From NCBI RefSeq assembly GCF_001194135.2, contig NC_069008.1, positions 1,164,276 through 1,228,275 on the forward strand: 64,000 nucleotides of DNA. The letters are read 5' to 3'. This document shows positions 49,357 to 61,186 of this stretch, in pieces (the stretch's first letter is position 1; every line of letters begins with the position of its first letter). The position numbers and the translations under genes were made by a program. This DNA is from Octopus bimaculoides. Lineage: Eukaryota. The notes beneath the pieces were generated by a model. It saw only the letters and a program-made list of their open reading frames with translations. It had not been told where the DNA came from and made no database searches.

Positions 49357-50918
49357 CATTTTTAATCAACCAAATAGGAACCATTTTGTTGCACAATGCG
49401 TCTGCACCTTTCCTTTAACTTGAAAAATTCGTTAATTTTGTGAAAATATTATTATTATTATTATTATTATTACTATAACATTTACTTCATTTATCGTTTT
49501 TGTATTTGGTTTGCAAGATTCTTTATGTGAATTCGTGTGTTGAAGCAAATTTTGTTGCAACTGGAGAGAATCCTACTGTCTTAATGCCTTATTGTCTAAC
49601 ACACTCACTGGTTTGATTTCCACTCATTTATTATTCATGTATTTTTAAAATACTTTTTAACATTTTTTTGTCTTCCATTTACTACATTGTTTCGGGAAAT
49701 GCACAAGACATTGTTGACTTATGCTCAACGTTTAAGCTATTTTCAATAGAAGTAAAGCGTGAAGATATAAACACACCATTTTAATATTATGTATTTAGTA
49801 AATATAAGTTGTTGTGACTTTCAGTGGACTGGACGAGTCTTGTAAATAGAATGAACCTGTAGACAGCGGGGTGGATCTGTGATCGCATAGGTCTCGTTAT
49901 GGATTCTCTGTTGGAGTATCGGATTGTTATTGTGCGAACGGTTATAATAAGATAACCAACTCTTGTTACATTGCTTATTGTTATACGGTTATATTTGATA
50001 CTGTGATATATTGTTTTATACACACACTCATCATATATATGTGAATTTTCCGTTTGTTGTGTTTCTGATAAATTTGTGTGTGTATGCGTGTGCGTGTCTT
50101 TGTGTTTGNNNNNNNNNNNNNNNNNNNNNNNNNNNNNNNNNNNNNNNNNNNNNNNNNNNNNNNNNNNNNNNNNNNNNNNNNNNNNNNNNNNNNNNNNNNN
50201 NNNNNNNNNNNNNNNNNNNNNNNNNNNNNNNNNNNNNNNNNNNNNNNNNNNNNNNNNNNNNNNNNNNNNNNNNNNNNNNNNNNNNNNNNNNNNNNNNNNN
50301 NNNNNNNNNNNNNNNNNNNNNNNNNNNNNNNNNNNNNNNNNNNNNNNNNNNNNNNNNNNNNNNNNNNNNNNNNNNNNNNNNNNNNNNNNNNNNNNNNNNN
50401 NNNNNNNNNNNNNNNNNNNNNNNNNNNNNNNNNNNNNNNNNNNNNNNNNNNNNNNNNNNNNNNNNNNNNNNNNNNNNNNNNNNNNNNNNNNNNNNNNNNN
50501 NNNNNNNNNNNNNNNNNNNNNNNNNNNNNNNNNNNNNNNNNNNNNNNNNNNNNNNNNNNNNNNNNNNNNNNNNNNNNNNNNNNNNNNNNNNNNNNNNNNN
50601 NNNNNNNNNNNNNNNNNNNNNNNNNNNNNNNNNNNNNNNNNNNNNNNNNNNNNNNNNNNNNNNNNNNNNNNNNNNNNNNNNNNNNNNNNNNNNNNNNNNN
50701 NNNNNNNNNNNNNNNNNNNNNNNNNNNNNNNNNNNNAGATAAGTTCTAGTTGAGTTTTGGAGTCGGTGTAATTATGTAAGACGGCATAATTAAATATCTT
50801 ATGAACAATCTCATGTTTAGGCACTCCACTATGAGTCCACAGTATCTTGTAGCAGAAACAGTTGTAAGCCAATGGAGTTCATAAGATAATCGTTTACTCC
50901 TTTGTCATCTCATTTTCT

Positions 50919-50958
<40 letters not shown>

Positions 50959-51698
50959 GTGGTAGAATGGTCAGCACGCCAGGAAAAATGCTTAACAGCA
51001 TTTCGCCCGTCGTTACGTTCTGGGTTCAAATACCGCCGGAGTCGACTTTACCTTTCATCCCTTTCGAGGTCGATAAATCAAGTACCAGTTGAACACTGGA
51101 TTCGATCTAATCGACTTACCGCCCTCCCTAGAAATTACTGTCCTTGCGTCAGATTTTCAAACCAGTATAATCCGCATCGTTGTCTTGCACAACATTTACT
51201 GACTTGAAACGGTTTACAAAAAATAGTGTTTAATGTAATCATACTTGAACATAATAGCGTGTCATAATACGTTGAAACACACGGGAGATAATAATGTGTA
51301 GCTGAAAATCTTATTGTCAGGGGGAAATCACTCTAAGAACACCTTTTGAAGGGAATTATCTCCCTTTATCTCACTTTTAGAACGTTTTTGTGCAAATACG
51401 TATGTATGTGAATTTTCATCATGAACATCTGTTTACACGTACATATCAAAATGCATACACACACACATGCATAAATAACATATATACATACAAATGCCGG
51501 TGAAATTTTCCGAAGAAAATAACTTTGGCTTTGAAGGACTCTCTCGAAGAGAGAGAATTTTCTATCAAAGTAAGTAAAAACTCATCAGATACGGTATTAA
51601 AACTTGTTAACGAAATTGATGATGAGCATTTACAACAGTGTGATGAACCCACATACTGGAAGATTAACGCCTGTCTACATGCTCTGGCTGGTAAGAGT

Positions 51699-52005
51699 GG
51701 AGGCGCAATGGCCCAGTGGTTAGGGCAGCGGAGTCGTGGTTTCGATTCCCAGACCGGGCCTTGTGAGTGTTTATTGAGCGAAAACACCTAAAGCTCCACG
51801 AGGCTCAGGCAGGGGATGGTGGCGAACCCTGCTGTTCTGTTCCACCACAGCTTTCTCTCACTCTTCCTTCCTGTTTCTGTTGTGCCTGTAATTCAAGGGG
51901 TCAGCCTTGTCACACTGTATCACGCTGAATATCCCCAAGAACTACATTATGGGTACACATGTCTGTGGAGTGCTCAGCCACTAGCACGTTAATTTCACGA
52001 GCAGG
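51699..52005 (+). mobile_element. SINE family B copy (3' end in gap)
   Basis: Same head and body as 26222. Confidence 0.8.
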
Positions 52006-52391
52006 NNNNNNNNNNNNNNNNNNNNNNNNNNNNNNNNNNNNNNNNNNNNNNNNNNNNNNNNNNNNNNNNNNNNNNNNNNNNNNNNNNNNNNNNNNNNNNN
52101 NNNNNNNNNNNNNNNNNNNNNNNNNNNNNNNNNNNNNNNNNNNNNNNNNNNNNNNNNNNNNNNNNNNNNNNNNNNNNNNNNNNNNNNNNNNNNNNNNNNN
52201 NNNNNNNNNNNNNNNNNNNNNNNNNNNNNNNNNNNNNNNNNNNNNNNNNNNNNNNNNNNNNNNNNNNNNNNNNNNNNNNNNNNNNNNNNNNNNNNNNNNN
52301 NNNNNNNNNNNNNNNNNNNNNNNNNNNNNNNNNNNNNNNNNNNNNNNNNNNNNNNNNNNNNNNNNNNNNNNNNNNNNNNNNNNNNNNNNNN

Positions 52392-52422
<31 letters not shown>

Positions 52423-53398
52423 GTTTGTGTGTGTGTCTGTTTGTTCCCCCCCGCCAACATTGCTTGACAACCGATGCTGGTGTGTTTACGTCCCTGTAAC
52501 TTAGCGGTTCGGCATAAAAGACCGATAGAATAAGTACTAGGCTTACAAAGAATAAGTCCTGGGGTCGATTTGCTCGACTAAAAGGCGGTGCTCCAGCATG
52601 GCCACAATCAAATGACTGAAACAAATAAAAGAGTAAAAAGAGTAAATAAAAAAAGAACTCTTGGACACATGTAACATGATTCCTTCCCAAAAGTAGACAG
52701 AGAGAAGTAGACATGTTGTCCTGTTTTTTTTTTACAAGAATAGACAAAGTCAGTTGTTTTTGGAAAGTTTTTATTATTTACTGTTCAAGTCACATTTAAG
52801 TATCGAAGGAATTGTGTATATATATAGTTATTTTGTATTGAAACTGTTACTGAGAGTTTTATTCTGTGGGTTGCAATTCATGATGTGATCTTCCGGAAAA
52901 ATCTTGGCATGAAACCCAAGTCTCTTGAAAAACTCTCAAGCTTTAGTTTCAATATGAAAACCATATTCTTCACAACATGTATTGACCACTTGTCTCTCAT
53001 TCATGTGACACAAACCAATTTACACCCGCAAACACACACGCGTATACGTTTATATACATACATACATATACGTGTATGAATATATACACATAAATATACA
53101 TTCATGCATATGAAGATTGTATTTGTGTGTGTACATAAATGTATCTATGTATGCATATAAATGTGTGTATATATACATATATGCACGTATGTGTGTGTGT
53201 GTGTATATATATATATAGGCATAAAAATGTATACATAAATATATGCATATAAATGTGTATATATATGCATGTATGTGTGTATATATGTATATACATGCAT
53301 GTATGTGTTTATATATGTATATATATATTTATATATATGTATATACATACATGCATATAAATGTGTATACATACACATGCATATAATGCGTGTACATA

Positions 53399-53435
<37 letters not shown>

Positions 53436-55283
53436 GTATGCATCCACAGACACTTTATAAATGTATGTGTGTGCTTAAATAAAGTAGAAACATCTTTATT
53501 GATCGAGAAGCATCTTAAAAGAATACACCAACAGATATACAATGTCTCAAATACATACACACACACATATGTAGTACTAGGGGTAGTTCAGCCATTGGCC
53601 GTCCCTGGTCAAGCAGATCTCTGATCAAATATGTTCCAACAATAACCCTTCCTTTGTATTTCAGTCACGGTGTATACAGGACTACATTTATCCATTATTT
53701 TTTCCTGCCTTGTTGTAGTGTGGTTTAGCCATATTTTCAGTGAACCTCTATCTTGAACATGTCCCAGCTGTGATTAACTTAGTATTTTCTTTTGTCAAAG
53801 TATATCTAGGACTACATGATTCGATCCTTCGTTTTCTTTCAGGACAGTAGAGTGTAAATTGAAGTAGATATAGCTGCTGTTTCTAACAAGTTTAGCTACC
53901 ATATACCTGGTCTCTTTTGCTTGTTCATATATAAATATGACAATAGGTTGTGATTTTGGGACTGTTCACATTGTATCTAGACTTGCTAGAAATAGCAGCC
54001 AAGTTACCTTCAAATCACACTCTTTTGTCATATGAGGTAATAAAAGCACCTTCTCCCGAGGTTGCTTAATTTACTAGAAATAGCTGCTAAATCTCCCTTA
54101 AATTAGAACAATACCATCCTATGTTATGTGTAAATGAAGCAATGAAGGTATCTGTCTGTGGTCACTGAATCTGCTAGAAAGAGCAACCAAGTCCAAGTCA
54201 AATAGCACCCTACTGTGTCAGAAAAGGACGCATTGTGTATAGATTAGGTTTCCTTGCACACAGGAGAAAAAAATCAAATCAAACAAACTCAGAAAGGATT
54301 ATCACTGCTTGAACGCCTTTGATTGTAAGGTCTACTGGAACTGGCTTACCTAGGGTCAAACAGCAACTGTATTCATTCATATAAACATACTAAGCCTGGA
54401 TGTGAAGTCAACTGATAGGCGTAAGACAATACAGACTGATAAATTCTTTGCAGAATGGACCAAATCTCGGCACTATTTAGTTATGCCATTCTACATTCTT
54501 GAGTTGAAATCCTACACAAGGTTAACTTAGTTTGCCCTTTCTACCTTCAGGTCACACTAGCGACATAAATAATCTGTTTTATACAGTAAGGGTGAGATCT
54601 GAGAGGTTTGGATGCTTTTTCTATCAAGTCTAGCTGCATCTATATATATATAGTTTTAGGGAAAATAACTAAGTTTCAAGAACTCATCGATGAAAATCCA
54701 CTATCACATATAGAAAAATTAATAATTAAAAGCGCAATAAATTAGTATAATATAAAGTAAAGTAAATATCATAAGATAAATATAATATAAAATATGAAAT
54801 ACGTGTAATCTTTTTATTTCCCTAAAACTATATATTTTATCTATAAAGCTCAATTTAATTTTGATTTTTTATAAATTTATTTTAATTGAGTTTTTACCTG
54901 TAATTTTGGATTTTGTCCCTATTANNNNNNNNNNTTTTGTCCCTATTATATATATATATATATATATATACATACACACACACACACATGTATATATATA
55001 TATATATATATATGTGTCAGTCAGGCACATGCCACCAGTAATTACTCAGGGTAGGCAGTTGATAACATTTGTGCAGTAAAACATAGCTGAGTTGAAGAAG
55101 TCAGATTTACTTCTGCCTTTATAGTGCGTAAAGAAAACGTTGTTGTAGGAATGTACGCAGCACGTGTACTGTAACAGTGCTATGCATAGCTTAAATACTG
55201 AGACTGAAAGGTAGGGGCGAATTATGCGTATCTGATCAACAGAAAAATAAAATAGTTTGCATTTTATACATAGGCGTATATTA

Positions 55284-55708
55284 GGCGTAGGAGTGGCTGT
55301 GTGGTAAGTAGCTTGCTTACCAACCACATGGTCCCGGGTTCAGTCCCACTGCGTGGCATCTTGGGCAAGTGTCTTCTACTATAGCCTCGGGCCGACCAAA
55401 GCCTTGTGAGTGGATTTGGTAGACGGAAACTGAAAGAAGCCCGTCATATATATGTATATATATATCGTCATATATATGTATATATATATGTATGTGTGTA
55501 TGTGTTTGTGTGTTTGTTTGTCCCCCCAACATCGCTTGACAACCGATGCTGGTGTGTTTATGTCTCCGTAACTTATCGGTTCGGCAAAAAGAGACCGATA
55601 GAATAAGTACTAGGCTTCTAAAGAATAAGTCCTGGGGTCGATTTGCTCGACTAAAAAGGCGGTGCTCCAGCATGGCCACAGTCAAAAGACTGAAACAAGT
55701 AAAAGAGT
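55284..55708 (+). mobile_element. Full-length tRNA-derived SINE, family A (resembles Meta-domain SINEs)
   Basis: tRNA-like head, core CCTTGGGCAAGTGTCTTCTACTATAGCCTCGGGCCGACCAAAGCCTTGTGAGTGG, internal (TA/TG)n, tail GAAACAAGTAAAAGAG; more than 15 partial copies (e.g. 1-186, 413-815, 19265-19615, 21540-21780 minus, 25450-25826, 44510-44850 minus, 52410-52645). Confidence 0.85.
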
Positions 55709-56256
55709 ATAATAATCAAACTAACTTTCATAATTTTATTGAATTAGGTTCATATTTTGCCATGAAAGGAAAATGTTGCTATCGATTTATAGGTACTGCC
55801 TACCTAGGTGGCACATCTCTAGTGTGAATATATAAATATAAATCTATATGTGCACACATGCATATATAAAAGAACCCAATTGGGTAAAGGCTTACTACAG
55901 CTGTTTCAGATGTTTTTGATTGATGACAAAAACCTATTAAGTGATGTAAAAAAGAAAAAAAAAAGGAGTTTTCTTCTAACGAATTAAAAATTTGAAGTTT
56001 GGTTTGAAAAAAAAAAATATCAGAAGGAATGTCTGTTGATGTTCTCATTTTGGCAACACCTGTCCCTAAATTGGGAGTGTCAACACACAATCCATTCCTT
56101 GGTAGCTTTTCAAACCCAATTTTTAAATTTTTAATTCACCTGAAGAAGATGTTCTCCTTTCCATGATGTAATCGGTTCATCCAACAATAACAAAAATTGT
56201 CTGAAACACCTGCAATGGCCCTTAATCCATTTGTGTTCCTTCTTTATGTAAACACC

Positions 56257-58292
56257 TCACCTGGAACTATCTCTGTGTTGGATCTACAACTCACAGTAGA
56301 TCGTGAAACCGCATGCCGACATGTATGGGTATATAATTTCATATACATGTCTATTTATATGGATGTATATAAATAAGACAATAGGTTGTGATTTTGAGGA
56401 CTGTTCACATGGCATCTAGACTTGCTAGAAATAGCAGCCAAGTTACCTTCAAATCACACCCTATTGTCATATGAGGTAATAAAAGCCCCTTCTCCCAAGA
56501 TGTGCTCATGTACATGTTTATATGCTTGGATATATGAGTGTGTCTGTATATGGTATACACACAGATATGCTGATCTCAAGCCTAACTTGGTGTCAATATT
56601 ATTGAAGTCCTTTGATTTTAATGAAGCCTGAAAATAACAAATTATATACGAGAGCCTTCTGCAGATATGGCTTTTCCCAGTCAAGGTTGGTTGTAGGGGG
56701 ATGCTTACAGCCATTGGAACGAGAGGTAAGGAGTGAAGTGTAGCAGTGCGCAGGATGAGAGAGGCAGCTGAAAGGGACTCTTGTTGGCTTTGGAGCATGA
56801 GAGAGGAATTAAGCGGGAAGCCAGGAGGAGGTGAAGAGCAGTGATTTGGCCATATCTGCTGACCCACCAATGGGAAGGTGTTACAGTTCAGGATCCAAAT
56901 ACCCAATAAATGTTGGATACCATCTGATGACATCAGTTCCTCTTGGCCAAAGCTCCATTCACTTTGTTGAGTGGAAAAAAGCACCTCTTTCTAGGTGCTA
57001 TTAACACATGCCTATATACAAGTTAATTTATTCCCAGAGGTTGCTCGTAAAGCAGAGCAATAATTTCCCATAGTAGCAATTTTGTGCCATCACTTCACTC
57101 TACTGCTGTGTAGATGTGTCAGAACCCATGTTGTCATACACACACAAAATGGCTGTTCAAACTTCTTATCTTTATTATAAACCTGGGGTCTTGTAAAGCA
57201 GGTCCTAATAAAGTGAGGTATTACTGCATATATATATATATATATATATATCTCATGTGATAGAACAGACTATTAGATATTATTATTATTAGTCACAATG
57301 CACTTTGCATTGATTTTTTTTTAAGCATTCAACTGATGTCCCTACCCCAGTGCTGGTGAGGTAAGCGGGCCAACATTTTCCCTTGATTGGAAGGGGTCTC
57401 TGTCACAGAGTTACCCACTTACAGTTGAGTGGACTGGAGCCATGTAAAATAAAGGGTTTTACTCAAGAACACAATACACTGCTTGCTTCAGGAATCAAAC
57501 TCCTGAACTAGAGATCATGAGGGCAACAGCCTAACCACCAGGCTATGTGCCTTCACTCATATATATATATATAAATAATAAAACAGTTTGATTTGGTTCC
57601 ATGCAACTGAAGAGTTTCACAGGCCTCTAACAGAAATGTGGCTTTTTCATGCTTAAGTTGCATGGAACTAAACCAAACTGCTTTACATAATACATGTAAC
57701 TCCTAATAAATGTGTTAAGTGCCCCCTTTTTTTTTTATTCATCCAATCATATATATATGTATGTAAATGTATGTATGTATGTATAGAGAATGAGTCAGCA
57801 GATGAGATCTAGAGATACTCAATACACAAAACACTTAGCAGAGCTCAAATGATTTGAACTTACATTGTGAAAACCTTACCAAGGACCAAGTCCTTGGGGT
57901 AAAGAGTGGCTAGAAGGGGAATCCAGGTGAGCTGATATGGAGACAACGATGCAAATAAATAAATAAAACTGCTTGGGTTTGATGTACAAAATATATATAC
58001 ATATGTATACATGAGGATAGATGTTTTGTACATCAAACCCAAGCAGTTTTGTTGGTATTTTTGTATCATTGTCTGTGTGTGTTTATATATATATATATAT
58101 ATAATAATATGAGGGACAACATCCAAAATTACAAGTAAAAACTCAATTAAAATCAATTTATAAAAAATTAAAATTAAATTGAGCTTTACAGAGTAAAATT
58201 GTGCTTTTAAATATTAATTGTTCTATATGTGATAGTGGATCTTTATTGATGAGTTCATGAACCTTGGTTCTTTTCCCTAAAACTATATATAT

Positions 58293-58324
<32 letters not shown>

Positions 58325-61186
58325 NNNNNNNNNNNNNNNNNNNNNNNNNNNNNNNNNNNNNNNNNNNNNNNNNNNNNNNNNNNNNNNNNNNNNNNNNNNN
58401 NNNNNNNNNNNNNNNNNNNNNNNNNNNNNNNNNNNNNNNNNNNNGATACTCAATACACAAAACACTTAGCAGAGCTCAAATGATTTGAACTTACATTGTG
58501 AAAACCTTACCAAGGACCAAGTCCTTGGGGTAAAGAGTGGCTAGAAGGGGAATCCAGGTGAGCTGATATGGAGACAACGATGCAAATAAATAAATAAAAG
58601 AACATGAGATAAAGAGACTGGGCAACCTCTGTATCAAATGTTCTCGCTGGCCCTCTTTGAGCCCCCTTTATCTAAACTCCAAACCCAGTATTAAAAGAAA
58701 AAAAATAAGGGATTGGGTGAGATATATATATATAGAGTAAGGGGCCTGTATGGGAATTTAATTAGGAAATTGGAAAGAAGGTTTGGCAAGTAGCAGAATA
58801 GAGAGAGTGGAGATACTAAGTGCTAACATAACTGATTTCAAACTTGGGCTAACATAACTGATTTTCAAACTTGAGGGACGGAGTGGGGGTAAGTTGATTG
58901 CATTGACCCCAGTGCTCAACTGGTACTTATTTTATCAACCCTGAAAGGATGAAAGGCAAAGATGACCTTAGTGCAATTTGAACTCAACACACTGAGCTAA
59001 ATACTGTGAAGTATTTAGCTCAGTGCGCTAATGATTCTACCAGTTCACTGTCTTATAAAGTACTACCATTATTGATTTCAGAATTTGGCACAAGGCCAGC
59101 AATTTCTTGGGGAGCGGGGCAGAGTAAATTGATTACATCAACCCCAGTGCACAATTGGTACAACTTTTATATATTGGCTCTTGTTTGTACCACTAGTGTG
59201 GAGTTAAGTCCCTTCCACTCCCAGCACATGATTTTGACCGCTAGAGATAGCAGTGGCTCATCTCCCTGCCAGTGATATATCGAACAACAGTGCAGGAATA
59301 GGTGCTGATGTTGCACTTTGCCAGTGAGCCTGTTAAAAACATAGCTATGACAGGGGCAGTACTAATACCAAGGGGTAATATTTATCCCCACTTAAACAGG
59401 GGTGTCGTGTTAGAACAAACCATACTGCAGTAGATACCAAGAGAGAAATTCTCATAAGGGCCTACTTGCTCCAAAATGCACCCTTGTTTATATTGCTAAA
59501 GGGGAGATAAATCCCTTAACCCTCTCTGTACTGAGACCACCAGATCACATTTCAATCTTATTTGGCCTTGTCAATGATGGATGCTCAAGTGCTAGAGATA
59601 GCAGTTATTCATCTCCCCGCCAGCCAGATATAGAATAATAGTGCATGAGCAGGTGTTAGTGTTGCAATTAGCCATTGAGCTTCTTTAAAAAGAAATATAT
59701 TAGTGACAGAGGCAGTATTAATATGAAGAGGTAATATTTATCCCCACTTAAACAGGGGTGTTGTGTTAGAACAATCTATACTGTGGTAGATACCACGAGA
59801 GCATTTTGATGCATAATACACCCTTCCTTATATCGCTTGCAGAGAGTTAAGTGGGGATAAATATTACTTGTCAGTATTAATACCAGAGTTGTGGAGTTGG
59901 AGTCGGTATAACTATACCGACTCTGACTCACAATGTCTTTATTCTTTAGTAGGATAGGCCCACTCAACGTACAAGCATATGCAGCCCTGATTAATACTGC
60001 TTCTGTCCCTAACACGTCTGTCGTATCTCTTCTGAAAATGGAACCATTACAGGGACTAAGGTATTTTTGACTTGGAATAATTGATCAACAGTCTGTTAAG
60101 AGTTAATCTTGGTATAATCCTCAGCTGTTGACACAACATGAGAGAATAATGCTAACCAGTGACTGCCCTACGATGCTATAGATCTTGAATAATCATTCTG
60201 ATCAATGATTGATGTATAGTGGCATGACTAAAGATTAAGAAATTACCTCGATCTGTGACTGCCCTATTGTGGTGTGTGTTAAATAATGCTCTAAGGATGC
60301 ATTAGATGGGATAAGACATCTTAATCATGGCTGACTACAGGCTAAACAACCACCTCAACAATGTGCCTACACATGGTCGCCCAGCCTGCTAAAAATAGCA
60401 GCTGAATCCACCTTAGATTTCATCCTGGTGCATTGAACGACAAACTATGAAATAATGGGAAACATAATCATATATATATATATAATTATGTATGCACGTA
60501 TGTGTATATATATATATGTGTGTGTGTGTACTAACACATAAAAATGAAATTTGTAACGACTGGAAAGCATTTGATCTGCTTGTTCAGGGCCAATTGGGGA
60601 TTCAACAATAAGGGGCGGGACTAGCACTTCATATGTACCTTTGGCCCCTTTACTGGACTGACTCATTAACAACAACATTAATTAATCTATATGGAGGGGG
60701 GGGGGATTCGATTTTTCTTTCTTTTTGTTTCGTTGTTGTTTCCGTTTTGACATAATAAGCACCAATTTTTGAAATTGTTTAAAAAAAAAAAAAGCAAAAG
60801 GAAAAAAATGCAACTGGGGGGTCCGGTCCCGCCAATGTTAACAGGATTCAAATGGATTATCTATCATTGCCCTTTGCCAGGTGGTCGGAGTGATCTGTGT
60901 TACTGATTTTACTGGACAGAGTACCTGCCGTTCTAACTCTGTGAAATTACATTACTAGGACACAAGGTTTCTGCTATAACATGCCTGCCCACCCAGGGGA
61001 CTTCAGGCATGTTATAGCAGAAATAAATATTGCTTTCAAGATGACCACCTTGTTGATTCTTAAGACAGGAATGATGGCCATACGATCATCTCAAATTATG
61101 TATAATGCTCTCTTACCTCTGATACTTGTCATTTCAATTGTGGTTTTATCTTTGGCCAATAAGTGTTCTTTCCTATTTGCTTCGCT
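56257..61186 (-). CDS. Candidate unidentified multi-exon gene, 3' part (exons 61117-61186, 60247-60290, 57864-57931, 56709-56961, possibly 56257-56283)
   Basis: Four exons with good AG/GT sites chain in phase 0-1, 1-0, 0-2, 2-0: SEANRKEHLLAKDKTTIEMTSIREHYLTHTTIGQSQIELTWIPLLATLYPKDLVLGKVFTIEWSFGQEELMSSDGIQHLLGIWILNCNTFPL... No homolog recognised. Confidence 0.45.
57814..58599 (+). repeat. 155-bp direct duplication across a gap (57814-57968 and 58445-58599)
   Basis: Apparently identical copies containing a candidate exon. Confidence 0.9.

Noticed and set aside
51570-51588. 19-nt GT-AG segment whose removal would join two frames
   Set aside because: Far below normal metazoan spliceosomal intron size; frame restoration has about a 1 in 3 chance
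56130-56283. In-frame TGA at 56257-56259 followed by about 42 more open codons as selenocysteine or readthrough
   Set aside because: The exon is itself uncertain, no SECIS was seen, and a short open stretch is expected by chance
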